In this document: in pieces, positions 1-9,971 of the stretch
Layout: the number at the start of each line of letters is the position of its first letter
Position numbering within the stretch: position 1 is the stretch's first letter
Program-made: the position numbers and the translations under genes
DNA from: a virus
DNA length: 64,000 bases
Reading direction: 5' to 3' (one strand)
Virus record (IMG/VR): IMGVR_UViG_3300020162_001876
Span: 32,001-96,000 of that record
The notes under the pieces: model-generated
The model's input: only the letters and a program-made list of their open reading frames with translations
The model's database searches: none
Told to the model about the DNA's origin: nothing

Positions 1-639
1 GGAGACAAGTGCCTAGCCTTAGTAAGAGGGTCAGCAGCTAGTGGATACGAAGAGTGCACCATATTAGGAATGGATCCATCAGGAGTAGCTGTAGTTCAGA
101 ATAAAGATGGAATATCTGATGAAGTATATACTAAAGATCTTAGGCCAATTGGCAGTAAAGCAGTCAATGAAGACGAAACAACAAAAGAATCATTATCATC
201 TACCCCAGGCTTAATGTTTGAAGATAAAGTAACTAAAGACAAATATGTTTATTTAGTTAAAGAAGCTATGAATGAATCTACTGAAAAGAATTTAGTTGAG
301 AAAAAATTATTATTAGATTTAATTGGTGAAGGGTATAAAGGTGCTTATCTAAATGAAGCTACCGCTATGAAAGCAGCTAAAACTGCTATTAAAGAGCGAG
401 AAACTTTAATGAAAGAAAATGTTAAAAAAGGTCAAGCTAAAGTAGGTGGTTTAGAAAAACAAGTAGCTAATTTAAAAGCTGAAATGGCTAAACTAATTGA
501 TAATCCTGAAATGAGAGGTGAATTATCAAACTATACTGCTAAATTAGAAAAAGCTGAACAAGTATTAGAAAAATTAAAAGCAGCATTAGAAAAATCTTCT
601 CCTAAAAAAGAAAAGAAAGAAAAAAAAGATGACGAATAA
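1..639 (+). CDS. Hypothetical protein, 5'-partial (frame open from base 1); Lys/Glu-rich coiled C-terminus, probable internal head protein
   Basis: Frame 1 has no stop from 1 to the ORF-track ATG at 70; several LxE-type motifs (MFE, MNE, LVE, LNE). Confidence 0.6.
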   Translation, partial: GDKCLALVRGSAASGYEECTILGMDPSGVAVVQNKDGISDEVYTKDLRPIGSKAVNEDETTKESLSSTPGLMFEDKVTKDKYVYLVKEAMNESTEKNLVEKKLLLDLIGEGYKGAYLNEATAMKAAKTAIKERETLMKENVKKGQAKVGGLEKQVANLKAEMAKLIDNPEMRGELSNYTAKLEKAEQVLEKLKAALEKSSPKKEKKEKKDDE

Positions 640-2365
640 TATCGAACTTTTAAAAAACCATCTTTATAAACTAATTAAGGAGGAACTTGAAGATGAAAAT
701 CCTGATGAGAATCCTACTGGGAATGTATCCTTAAAAGATATTACTATTGGCTATAGTATTATAACAGATGATCCTAATAAAGTAGAAAAATCTATAAATA
801 ATTTAGATAACTATGGTGATAAACAAAGACAAGCTGTTACTATAGCTCAACATATAAAAAAATTATCAGGAGGAGAATCCAAAACAATGAAACTTGTACC
901 TTCAGGTAACGCCGCAGGTCGTAATAATATTGTTAAATGGTCTTTAACTAATGTTTGGTCTAAATTAAATAAACAAGAACGTTTAACTAAATTAGATCAA
1001 GTATTTAAAGCATATAGTACTGAAGGAAAAGATATTGGTGAAGCTTTAAAAACTATCATTTTAAAATTTGATAAAGAAGCAGATTTATCTGATGATACTA
1101 AAATAAAAGAATATATAGCTAATTTAGAAGCTAGTAGTCCTATTTTTACTAAAGTTGGAGGGGGTAATAATATTGGTTATCCTATATTTAGGAAAGGTTA
1201 TTTTTATCCTGCTTTTACTCAAAAAGAGCTTGAAAGATCTTCTTTAAGAAAAGGTAATGAATATACTATTGAAGATAAAGATGGTAAATCAGAATTTGTT
1301 TTCTTAGTAAAAAATAATCCCTTAGTTGATGTTAATATGGGTAATACTGACGCTTATAGAGATTTACTTAAAAGAATAGCTAAAGATGCTGGAGAAAAAT
1401 TAAACACCCTTTCCAAACAAGTATTCTCAGATACTGGAGAAGATGCAAGTGCACCTACTAAAGCAGCTCCTATTAAAGAACCTTCATCTGAAAAATCTAA
1501 TTTTATTAAGACATTTTCTGATGATGAAGGGGCACCTGATGAAGATAGCGCAGATTTATTTTACGCTACCATATTAGGGGATTTCCCTGGAGCAGAAATT
1601 ACAGATAATAAAATATCAGTTAATGATATAACACCTGCTGAGAAAAAAGATTTGATTAACAGATATTTAAAATTTCAACAATCCAATAAACTTTACGAAA
1701 ATAAACTACCAATGAAAGATCAATTAAAAGGACAATTAACTTCTATAATTAAGGAAGTTCTTTTAGAGAAAAAATTAACTCCTGCTAAACTTAAAAAAAG
1801 AAATAAAAACGCTGAAAAAATAAAAAAAGCAAATCCTAAAATGGATAAAGGAGAGGCTTTTGCTATTGCTACTAAACATTTAAAAGAAGGAGAAGGATCT
1901 CTTAAAAATTGGAAAACTGAACCTGTTAAATGGGATAGTGTAAAACCTGATGATTTTATAGCGGATGGTCCTAATGTTGGAGAAGTTTCTCAAGTTATAA
2001 GTAATAGTAGAAGTGGACTTGAATTAAAACGAGTTTGGACCAACTCTAAAAAGTACCCAGTAGGCGAAGAGTTTTTTATTAAACATGATCATGAAGCTAT
2101 GAAAGATGGAAAAGATAATAACATATTTAAAGTAACTAACTATATTAAAGAACCTAACTCACTATCAGAAAGTAATACATCAATGGATGATATTTTATTA
2201 GCTTTTCAAGCTGCTTTAGATATTGAAGATGATGTTAAGCAAGAAGAAGCTTTAAAAGCAGTTTATAATGAATTAAAAAATAAAGTAAAAACTGGAGCTA
2301 GTAATTTATATCAAAAAGCTAGAACAAGTTTTGCTAAAAGTCAAGGTATAGATTTAGATGAGTAA
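629..2365 (+). CDS. Multi-module hypothetical protein, probable internal head protein
   Basis: N-term LYKLIKEELEDE leader and a second internal leader MKDQLKGQLTSIIKEVLLE. Confidence 0.6.
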   Translation: MTNNIELLKNHLYKLIKEELEDENPDENPTGNVSLKDITIGYSIITDDPNKVEKSINNLDNYGDKQRQAVTIAQHIKKLSGGESKTMKLVPSGNAAGRNNIVKWSLTNVWSKLNKQERLTKLDQVFKAYSTEGKDIGEALKTIILKFDKEADLSDDTKIKEYIANLEASSPIFTKVGGGNNIGYPIFRKGYFYPAFTQKELERSSLRKGNEYTIEDKDGKSEFVFLVKNNPLVDVNMGNTDAYRDLLKRIAKDAGEKLNTLSKQVFSDTGEDASAPTKAAPIKEPSSEKSNFIKTFSDDEGAPDEDSADLFYATILGDFPGAEITDNKISVNDITPAEKKDLINRYLKFQQSNKLYENKLPMKDQLKGQLTSIIKEVLLEKKLTPAKLKKRNKNAEKIKKANPKMDKGEAFAIATKHLKEGEGSLKNWKTEPVKWDSVKPDDFIADGPNVGEVSQVISNSRSGLELKRVWTNSKKYPVGEEFFIKHDHEAMKDGKDNNIFKVTNYIKEPNSLSESNTSMDDILLAFQAALDIEDDVKQEEALKAVYNELKNKVKTGASNLYQKARTSFAKSQGIDLDE

Positions 2366-3587
2366 TTTAGATATAAAATTCTTAATTAGAGAAACTCTAG
2401 AGTTAATATTACAAGAAGACAATTCAAAACAACTTCAAGAAAATGTTTTATTAACTGAAGATAAAGTCTCTAAAAACTTACAATACCATTTAGATAAAGG
2501 CATTCCATTACATGAGAATGCTTTTAGATATGGTACTGAGGCCCAACTTCAATTATTTAAAGAAGTTAGAAAACTCTACAATGAGGAAAAATTATATCTG
2601 AATCCTGAAGATAGATGGTTAATTGAAAATACTGACATTGGGAACTATGGTATTTATGAAGACCAATTTGTGGCTTTAGATGTACCAATGGTTGAAGAAG
2701 AAACTAATCCAACTGATAAAATTACTATGGATGTTCCTTTATTTATTCGTATGTTAGAGTACGCTAAAGAAGATGCTAAAACAGATATGGATTTACACTC
2801 GGTAACTGAAAAAGCATTAGATTTAGGTACTGAAGGTAAAACTTTAACTATGAATGATTATGCTACTATAGTAGGTGATCAATCTTTAAATGAAGTAATT
2901 GATTTTAACTTTTATAATTATGTTCCTCATTCTTTTTCACCTGATACTAATGCCTTAAATAAAGAAGAGCATGAAGTTATGATGAAAGATTTAAGAAAGG
3001 AAAGAATGGGTCTTGTAGATTATATTAAATTTGCGGGTTCTATGATAAATAATGAACCTATATATAAAAGTATTTTTAATAAATTAGCTAATTCTAATAA
3101 GAAAAAAATAGAGTTTGCAATAGATCAAAATGAAATTTTAAAATATCAAGATGAAACTAATTTAGATCCTATTAAACTTCAAAAATTTAAAGCTTTTTAT
3201 GAAAAATATAAAGAAATATTCCCTAGCTGGGCTTCTGAAAATGAAAGATTGTATAAAGATGTAATGCAAGCATTAAACCCTTCTTTAAATGAAGCTAAAT
3301 ATCAAGGTAAAGAAGTATCTTTAAATAAACCTAAGCGTGGTGGTTCTAAAAAATTCTATGTTTATGTTAAAAATGGAGATAAAGTTAAAAAAGTACAATT
3401 TGGTGCAGCTGGTGGAGGACAAAATTTAGCAGTTAAAATTAGAGATCCTAAAGCTAGAAAAGCATTCGCTTCTCGTCAAAACTGTGATAAGAAAAAAGAT
3501 AAAACTACTCCTGGATACTGGTCTTGTAATATAGGACGTTATTGGAAATCATTAGGTGGAGGTTCAAACTTTAGCGGATACTGGTAA
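2358..3587 (+). CDS. Multi-module hypothetical protein, probable internal head polyprotein
   Basis: Leader FLIRETLELILQE; modules separated by SLNE; basic C-terminal module with KVQFG...F.SRQNC...YWSC. Confidence 0.65.
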   Translation: MSNLDIKFLIRETLELILQEDNSKQLQENVLLTEDKVSKNLQYHLDKGIPLHENAFRYGTEAQLQLFKEVRKLYNEEKLYLNPEDRWLIENTDIGNYGIYEDQFVALDVPMVEEETNPTDKITMDVPLFIRMLEYAKEDAKTDMDLHSVTEKALDLGTEGKTLTMNDYATIVGDQSLNEVIDFNFYNYVPHSFSPDTNALNKEEHEVMMKDLRKERMGLVDYIKFAGSMINNEPIYKSIFNKLANSNKKKIEFAIDQNEILKYQDETNLDPIKLQKFKAFYEKYKEIFPSWASENERLYKDVMQALNPSLNEAKYQGKEVSLNKPKRGGSKKFYVYVKNGDKVKKVQFGAAGGGQNLAVKIRDPKARKAFASRQNCDKKKDKTTPGYWSCNIGRYWKSLGGGSNFSGYW

Positions 3588-3649
3588 TGGAAAATTTAAA
3601 CGAAAAAGAAAAACGTACGAATTGGTGGGAACCTATAACTAAATAAATT

Positions 3650-3991
3650 ATGATAAAATTAAGCAACCTATTAAACGAATCTCAGGATGAAATCTACCAT
3701 TTAGATGGTGTCCTTATAACAGATGGAGCAATACGTAATCAAAAAGATATCTTATCTGATATTCGCTCTTTACTTGCTGTTACTATTGTACGTAGTATAG
3801 ATATGGAAAATGACCCTACTTCAAAATATGATAGAACTAGAATTGAAGTAAAAATAGACCCATACCCTTATTCAAAACAAGAAAATATTAGTAAAGAGGC
3901 TATAGCTAAAAAAGTATCAGAAAGTATCAGAAAAGTGCCTGGTGTAATAGGATTTAGAAGTTCTGATGAAATATCTGCAACAGGAATATAA
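3650..3991 (+). CDS. Hypothetical protein with MIKLSNLLNE leader
   Basis: ORF track; leader motif. Confidence 0.65.
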   Translation: MIKLSNLLNESQDEIYHLDGVLITDGAIRNQKDILSDIRSLLAVTIVRSIDMENDPTSKYDRTRIEVKIDPYPYSKQENISKEAIAKKVSESIRKVPGVIGFRSSDEISATGI

Positions 3992-4254
3992 TGAAGCCTT
4001 ACCAAGAAATTCTAAATGGTAATTCTCGTTTACGTGAATTTAAACTTGATATAGATAATGATGAATTAAAATGGCATAGAGATAAAAAAGATCGTTATGT
4101 TACTATATTAGAAGGAGAAAATTGGCAATTTCAAAAAGATAATGAATTACCTTTAGCTCTTCAAAAAGGAGACACTATATTTATACCAAAAGAAACATAT
4201 CACAGGGTGATAAAAGGTACAACAGATTTATTAATAACTATAATAGAAAAATAA
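3991..4254 (+). CDS. Small cupin-fold protein
   Basis: WHRD...ILEG...GDTIFIPKETYHRV matches the two cupin motifs. Confidence 0.7.
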   Translation: MKPYQEILNGNSRLREFKLDIDNDELKWHRDKKDRYVTILEGENWQFQKDNELPLALQKGDTIFIPKETYHRVIKGTTDLLITIIEK

Positions 4255-4985
4255 TGTTAGAATTAACACTATCACAAATAAGAGATAAAATAGGTATGTT
4301 TCCTGTTAGATTTAAACATGATCCTAAAATGACTTATTATTTAAATAATGCTCAAAATAATGATTATGGGTTTTTTAAAGATAAAAACAATATTACTAAA
4401 AAGAAATTTTTTAAAGATGTGATAAGTATTAATGGTAAAGAAATTAAACTTAAATCTTCACTTGAAGAATTAAAAAAATTAATTAGAGAAGAAATTGAAG
4501 CTATTAAAGTTTCTGAACCTTTAACTTTTGAAGGTAATCCATTAGAATTTATTCTAAATAAATATTCTTCTTTAAATGATACTATGATAGACTTATTAAC
4601 ACCTTCATTTAGAGATTATTTAACAGGAATATTTATAATAGCCCCTAAACCTACTACATTTAGAATTTTATTACATAATAATCAAGAATTTTATTTAATA
4701 TATGCTCCTGATGGTTATGTAGCAAAAATAGCTGGTAAAAAATATGATTTAAGAAACTTATCTGAAGAGGAGTATGCTATTAATTCAATATCACAACTTT
4801 TAGAATTAGGTATACCTCCAGCAGCTGAAGGACCAAATTCTGAAATTGATAATCAAGCTGATTTACAAGGAGAAACTCCTGCTGAAACTCCATCTGAAGA
4901 AACTACACCTACTGAAGAGACTCCACCTGAAAACTTAGCAGAGTTAAAACTTCCTTTAAGAATAAAATTAATCCGAAAAAAATAA
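4254..4985 (+). CDS. Hypothetical protein; internal LKKLIREE motif and E/T/P-rich tail
   Basis: ORF track; TAATG coupling to upstream gene. Confidence 0.6.
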   Translation: MLELTLSQIRDKIGMFPVRFKHDPKMTYYLNNAQNNDYGFFKDKNNITKKKFFKDVISINGKEIKLKSSLEELKKLIREEIEAIKVSEPLTFEGNPLEFILNKYSSLNDTMIDLLTPSFRDYLTGIFIIAPKPTTFRILLHNNQEFYLIYAPDGYVAKIAGKKYDLRNLSEEEYAINSISQLLELGIPPAAEGPNSEIDNQADLQGETPAETPSEETTPTEETPPENLAELKLPLRIKLIRKK

Positions 4986-4992
4986 AAATAAG

Positions 4993-5023
4993 TTTGGCTC
5001 TTTAAAAGAGCCTTCTTATATTG
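4993..5023 (+). promoter_or_regulatory. Early/middle promoter (TTTG-N20-TATATT) with 17-bp palindromic spacer
   Basis: TTTG 4993-4996; GGCTCTTT-A-AAAGAGCC 4996-5012; TATATTG 5017-5023. Confidence 0.75.
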
Positions 5024-5043
5024 TATAAATTTAACTATATGTT

Positions 5044-5829
5044 ATGAATAAATTTAATAAAAAAAGATTATTTTTTGATATCGAAACTAGCCCAAATGTT
5101 GGTTTCTTTTGGTCTGCAGGTTACAAATTGAATGTACCTTATAGTAATATTATCAAAGAAAGAGCAATAATTTGTATATGTTACAAATGGGAAGATGAAG
5201 ATAAAGTATATTCTTTACAATGGGATAAAGACCAAAATGATAAAGATTTACTAGAAAAATTTATATTAGTAGCTAATGATGCTAAAGAATTAGTAGGTCA
5301 TAATGGTGATAAATTTGATTTACCTTGGATTAGAACACGATGTTTATTCCATGGTATACCTTGTTTTCCTAACTATACTACAATTGATACTTTAAAACAA
5401 GCACGTTCTAAATTTAGATTTAATAGTAATCGTTTAGATTATATAGCCCAATATTTAAATGTAGGTGAAAAATCTGAAACTGGAGGATTTGATTTATGGA
5501 AAGATATTGTACTAAACAATAGTCAAACTGCTATGAAAACTATGATTGAATATTGTAAAAATGATGTTGTAATTTTAGAGAAAGTATTCCATCATCTTAA
5601 AAATTATGTTCCTCATAAAACTCATTTTGGAGCATTAGAGACAGGAGAAAAAACCACTTGTCCTGAATGTGGTTCAGATGATTTAAGACATTCTCAAACT
5701 CGATACACCGCGGCAGGAACGCCTCGTGTTCAAGTACAATGCAATGATTGTCACAAATATCATACAGTAGCTAATAGGACATATGAAGCTATAACTGCTA
5801 ATCAATTGCAGAAAAAAATTAAAGAGTAA
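5044..5829 (+). CDS. DnaQ/RNase H-like 3'-5' exonuclease with C-terminal Zn ribbon
   Basis: FDIETS, HNGDKFDLP and YCKNDV Exo motifs; CPECG...CNDC. Confidence 0.8.
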   Translation: MNKFNKKRLFFDIETSPNVGFFWSAGYKLNVPYSNIIKERAIICICYKWEDEDKVYSLQWDKDQNDKDLLEKFILVANDAKELVGHNGDKFDLPWIRTRCLFHGIPCFPNYTTIDTLKQARSKFRFNSNRLDYIAQYLNVGEKSETGGFDLWKDIVLNNSQTAMKTMIEYCKNDVVILEKVFHHLKNYVPHKTHFGALETGEKTTCPECGSDDLRHSQTRYTAAGTPRVQVQCNDCHKYHTVANRTYEAITANQLQKKIKE

Positions 5830-5836
5830 TATTTAT
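5828..5836 (+). promoter_or_regulatory. Putative late promoter AATATTTAT
   Basis: Recurrent intergenic motif. Confidence 0.5.
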
Positions 5837-5841
5837 TTAAG

Positions 5842-6066
5842 ATGAAACTAAACGAATACCTTAAAGAAGTACAAGAAGTCCAAATTAAAATTGGAGATGA
5901 TTTCACCTTAAGAGGTGATATAGGTGTATTTAAAAAAGGAGAGATGGTTACAATTACTAATAAAAAATTAGTAGGTAATGATATTGAATTAACTTTATCA
6001 AATGGTAAAGGTAAAGAAGATAAGTTTTATTTAGATAAAAACGATGACTTTGAAGAATTAGGATAA
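5842..6066 (+). CDS. Small beta-rich hypothetical protein with MKLNEYLKE leader
   Basis: ORF track; leader motif. Confidence 0.6.
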   Translation: MKLNEYLKEVQEVQIKIGDDFTLRGDIGVFKKGEMVTITNKKLVGNDIELTLSNGKGKEDKFYLDKNDDFEELG

Positions 6067-6524
6067 TGAAACTAACCTTATTAAAAGAAATTATTAAAGA
6101 AGAATTAAAAAAGCTCTTCGAAATAGAACCAGATCCTAATTCAGAACCTGAACTTAATATAGGAGATAAAATAGAACCAGAACCTGAAGCAGAACCTACT
6201 CCTGAACCTGATCAACCTGAATCTACTTTACCCTCAGAACAACCTCTTCAAAACATTTCAAAACAAGAGGCTGCTCAAAAGATAAGAGAAACTAAAGGAA
6301 GAATGTTTACTGTTACTTTTATTAAAAAGTCTAATGGGCAAAAAAGAACAATGAATGCTCGTTTAGGTGTTAAGGCTTATTTAAGAGGAGGAGTACTCCC
6401 ATATGATCCTAATACTAAAGGATTAATACCTTGCTATGATGTCCAAACAAAAGACTATAGAATGATTAATATTCAGGGTATAGTTAATTTAAAAACTGGT
6501 GGAGTAGAATATAATGTAGTATAA
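6066..6524 (+). CDS. Leader + PE-rich linker + SH3/WYL-like (DUF2693-like) domain
   Basis: FTVTFIKKSNGQKRTMNARLG...YDVQTKDYRMINI. Confidence 0.6.
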   Translation: MKLTLLKEIIKEELKKLFEIEPDPNSEPELNIGDKIEPEPEAEPTPEPDQPESTLPSEQPLQNISKQEAAQKIRETKGRMFTVTFIKKSNGQKRTMNARLGVKAYLRGGVLPYDPNTKGLIPCYDVQTKDYRMINIQGIVNLKTGGVEYNVV

Positions 6525-6542
6525 AATAAACTAATTAGTAAG

Positions 6543-6574
6543 TTTGGCTCCTAATAGGAGCCTTCTTATATTTA
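6543..6574 (+). promoter_or_regulatory. Early/middle promoter with palindromic spacer
   Basis: TTTG; GGCTCCT-AAT-AGGAGCC 6546-6562; TATATTTA 6567-6574. Confidence 0.75.
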
Positions 6575-6594
6575 AAAGTTAAAAATTATACAAT

Positions 6595-7071
6595 ATGAAT
6601 ATATTTTATATTAATGAAGATCCAATTATTGCTGCCCAAGAATTAGCAGATGATCATATTCGTAAAATGCAAATTGAATCTGCACAAATGTGTTGTACAG
6701 CTCATTGGGAAACTGGAACTGAAGCTCCTTATAAGCGAGCTCATTGGAATCATCCATCAACAAAATGGGTTAGAGAATCCATTCAGCATTATAATTGGTT
6801 AGTAGAACATGGTTTAGAAATTTGTGACCAATTTACTAAACGTTATGGTAAATTGCATAAAACACAAAGTGTATTAGAGTGGTTAAAACAAAACAAACCT
6901 CAAATTTCAGATAATGGTTTTACACCTCCCCCACAATGTATGCCTGAAGAATTTAGAATGGAAGATACAATAGAGGCTTATAAAAACTTTTATATTAATG
7001 ACAAAATTAAAATTAAAAAATTAACTTATAATAAACTAAATAATAAACCTGAATGGATAAACATATTGTAA
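6595..7071 (+). CDS. Pyrimidine-dimer DNA glycosylase (T4 endonuclease V/DenV-like family)
   Basis: MNIF...DP..AA..L.D.H..KM..E.AQM and H.NHPST.W.R motifs. Confidence 0.75.
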   Translation: MNIFYINEDPIIAAQELADDHIRKMQIESAQMCCTAHWETGTEAPYKRAHWNHPSTKWVRESIQHYNWLVEHGLEICDQFTKRYGKLHKTQSVLEWLKQNKPQISDNGFTPPPQCMPEEFRMEDTIEAYKNFYINDKIKIKKLTYNKLNNKPEWINIL

Positions 7072-8390
7072 TTGTAGGAGCTGGAGTAGCTGGTATTAAT
7101 GCTGCAACTAAACTAGTAGATAACAACTATAAAGGTAAAATTACTATTATTGATATGGGGAAAGATCCTCATAAAAGATTACCAAGTGAAGTAATGACTG
7201 GTATGTTAGGTGCTGGTGGTTGGTCTGATGGTAAATTAACTTATCATACAGCTATTGGTGGTCAATTAAAAAAATACTGTGGAGAAGATAAAGCAATGGA
7301 GTTAATGGATCAAGTTATAACTAACTTTAAACGTTTTCATCCTAAACCAGAAGAAGTACAATGTTCAAATCCTGATGCTGAACCTGATTTTATTAAACCA
7401 TATTTTGGTTTACGCTTATTCCCAGTATGGCACGTTGGAACTGATTATCTATTAGAAATAGCTAAAAATTGGTATTCATATTTAGTTGATAAAGGTGTTA
7501 ACTTTCAATGGGAAACTAAAGTAACTGATATTAATTTTAATCCATCTACTCCTGAATATAAAGTAATGATTCATTTAAATCTATTATCTGAACCTGATAA
7601 AACATATTATTTAGGAGGTGATAAACTTATCTTTGCTGTAGGTAAATCAGGTATTGACTTTGGTAAATCACTAGCAGATGAATATGAATTACCAACTGAA
7701 CCTAAATCAGTACAAATAGGTGTTCGTTTTGAAGCACCACAACATCACTTCCAAAAATTAATTGATATTTCATATGACTTTAAGTTATATAGAAAATTTG
7801 ATGATAAAGGAGTATCATTACGTTCATTCTGTACTAACAATAATGCAGCATATGTTGCAGTAGAAGAAACATACGGAAACTATACTTACAATGGTCATGC
7901 TAAAAAAGATGAACGTTATAGAAACAATATGACTAACTTCGGAATCATTATGGAGTTAAATGGTATTGAAAATCCATTTGAATGGTCAAGAAATGTTGTA
8001 TCACAATTGCAATCAGTAGATGGTAAAGGTTTATATTACTCTCCATCTCGTAAAGTATCACTTACCTCTGAAGGAGGTCATGTAGAAGCACATCAAATAA
8101 CAGAGGCTGATATGGTTGATGTAAGACACACTTTTGAAGGTTACTTTAAATATGTTGATGATTTTATTGATGATATGAAAAAAGTATTTCCAACATTAAA
8201 AGATGATTGGGGAATATATATTCCTGAAGTAAAATATCTATCACCTGAGCCACTTGTTGATTATACCAACTTAGCCCTGACTAAGTATCCTAACATACAT
8301 TTTGTTGGTGATGCACTTTCCGCTAGAGGTATAACAGTAAGTGGTGCACAAGGAATTTATGTCGCAGAAGATATATTAAAATATAATTAA
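7053..8390 (+). CDS. FAD-dependent oxidoreductase (uncharacterised dehydrogenase family)
   Basis: IVGAGVAG Rossmann motif; GAGGWSDGKL; C-terminal FVGD..ARGI. Confidence 0.85.
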   Translation: MDKHIVIVGAGVAGINAATKLVDNNYKGKITIIDMGKDPHKRLPSEVMTGMLGAGGWSDGKLTYHTAIGGQLKKYCGEDKAMELMDQVITNFKRFHPKPEEVQCSNPDAEPDFIKPYFGLRLFPVWHVGTDYLLEIAKNWYSYLVDKGVNFQWETKVTDINFNPSTPEYKVMIHLNLLSEPDKTYYLGGDKLIFAVGKSGIDFGKSLADEYELPTEPKSVQIGVRFEAPQHHFQKLIDISYDFKLYRKFDDKGVSLRSFCTNNNAAYVAVEETYGNYTYNGHAKKDERYRNNMTNFGIIMELNGIENPFEWSRNVVSQLQSVDGKGLYYSPSRKVSLTSEGGHVEAHQITEADMVDVRHTFEGYFKYVDDFIDDMKKVFPTLKDDWGIYIPEVKYLSPEPLVDYTNLALTKYPNIHFVGDALSARGITVSGAQGIYVAEDILKYN

Positions 8391-8396
8391 TTAAAA

Positions 8397-8419
8397 GGGA
8401 GGCTTGGCCTCCCATTTTT
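8397..8419 (+). terminator. Intrinsic terminator overlapping the -33 element of the next promoter
   Basis: GGGAGGC-TTG-GCCTCCC followed by ATTTTT. Confidence 0.6.
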
Positions 8420-8434
8420 GTCTTAGTATATTTA
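8403..8434 (+). promoter_or_regulatory. Early/middle promoter (CTTGGC-...-TATATTTA, 20-nt spacer)
   Basis: Same spacing as other copies; near-repeat of 8730-8761. Confidence 0.7.
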
Positions 8435-8450
8435 AGTAAATAAAAAGGTT

Positions 8451-8753
8451 ATGGAATATCAAAAACTTCATGTTATAACTGAAGAAATATATCAACAGTT
8501 ACTTGATATGATTTTTTCTAAAGATGAAAATGATTTACATCTAGCGGAAGAAATTATATTAAATGCTGATACAGATGATTTAAATACTTGTCATTATATT
8601 GAGGACATATGTTTGACTTTTGTTATAACTAAACCTCAATCACCTCTTCATCATTATTATCTAGAATTAAGAAAACAACCAAATTGGAAATTAGTCCAAG
8701 AAGTCCATTTAGCCTTTCGAGACGAAGCGTTTGGCCTCTCATTTTTACCTTAG
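8451..8753 (+). CDS. Hypothetical protein carrying L..M..SKD....LA.EI motif
   Basis: ORF track; motif shared with 9972..11039. Confidence 0.65.
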   Translation: MEYQKLHVITEEIYQQLLDMIFSKDENDLHLAEEIILNADTDDLNTCHYIEDICLTFVITKPQSPLHHYYLELRKQPNWKLVQEVHLAFRDEAFGLSFLP

Positions 8754-8761
8754 TATATTTA
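8730..8761 (+). promoter_or_regulatory. Early/middle promoter (TTTGGC-...-TATATTTA, 20-nt spacer)
   Basis: TTTG 8730-8733, TATATTTA 8754-8761. Confidence 0.7.
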
Positions 8762-8788
8762 AGCATTATTAATTTATAAATAAAAGTT

Positions 8789-9964
8789 ATGTCAAAACAA
8801 AATCTAGTATCGGTTAATGTAACCGAATTAAAAGAATTCTTAACACATATTGTTGAAAACAATCGTTTCCTACAAAGTCAAGGCAAACTACCAGTATCAA
8901 CTGAAGTCATTGGAGAATCCGGAATAGGTAAAACTTCAGCCATCGTTCAATTAGCTAAAGAGTTAGATTTAAATTTCGTTAAATTAAATTTAGCACAAAT
9001 TGAAGAAATTGGTGATTTAGTAGGTTTTCCAATTCGTCAATTTGAAGTAAAAGATGATAAAGAGACTATTTGGATTGATGAACATGCGTTTGATGAATAC
9101 CTTAAATTAGGTTATAAATCAACTGGTCAGAATCGAATGTCATATTGTCCACCTGAATGGATTGCTAACAAATCTAATGGTGGTATTTTATTATTAGATG
9201 ACTGGAATAGAGCTGATATAAGATTTATACAAGCTGTGATGGAGTTAATTGATAGACAACAATATATTAGTTGGTCTTTACCTAAAGATTGGCATATTAT
9301 ATTAACTGCTAATCCTGATAATGGAGATTATTTAGTTAATAGTATAGACAACGCACAAAAAACACGTTTTATTTCAGTACAATTAAAATATGATATTGAT
9401 TGTTGGGCTAAATGGGCTGAAGAAAATCATATTGATGGTAGATGTATTAACTTTTTATTAATGCATCCCGAATTAGTAACTAAAGATGTTAATAGTAGAA
9501 GCATATCAATGTTCTTTAATTCAATTTCATCTATTAAGAATTTTGATGACTCATTACCATTAATTCAAATGATAGGTGAAGGATCAGTAGGTCCAGAATT
9601 TAGTTCAATGTTTACTATGTTTATTAATAATAAACTAGATAAAATGATTTCACCTGAAAACATAATGAATCAAGACGAACAATATGTTTTAAATACTTTA
9701 AAATCATTAACTGGCAAAGAAGAAAAATATAGAGCTGATATCGCATCAACATTATCAACTAGAATTATTAATTTCTTAGATTTATTTGCTAAAACAAATA
9801 CTGTAGATAAACCAATCACTGAAAGATTATCTAAAATTGTAAATGAAAAAGTATTTACAACTGATATCTGCTATAATATGGTAAAATCAGTTTATAATAA
9901 TAACCCATCTAAATTCAAAACAATGATGATGGATAAGTCATTAGTTGAATTTATAATGAAATAA
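8789..9964 (+). CDS. MoxR-type AAA+ ATPase
   Basis: Walker A GESGIGKT; Walker B LLLDDWNRA; LTANP; D.AQKTRF. Confidence 0.85.
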   Translation: MSKQNLVSVNVTELKEFLTHIVENNRFLQSQGKLPVSTEVIGESGIGKTSAIVQLAKELDLNFVKLNLAQIEEIGDLVGFPIRQFEVKDDKETIWIDEHAFDEYLKLGYKSTGQNRMSYCPPEWIANKSNGGILLLDDWNRADIRFIQAVMELIDRQQYISWSLPKDWHIILTANPDNGDYLVNSIDNAQKTRFISVQLKYDIDCWAKWAEENHIDGRCINFLLMHPELVTKDVNSRSISMFFNSISSIKNFDDSLPLIQMIGEGSVGPEFSSMFTMFINNKLDKMISPENIMNQDEQYVLNTLKSLTGKEEKYRADIASTLSTRIINFLDLFAKTNTVDKPITERLSKIVNEKVFTTDICYNMVKSVYNNNPSKFKTMMMDKSLVEFIMK

Positions 9965-9971
9965 TAAAATT

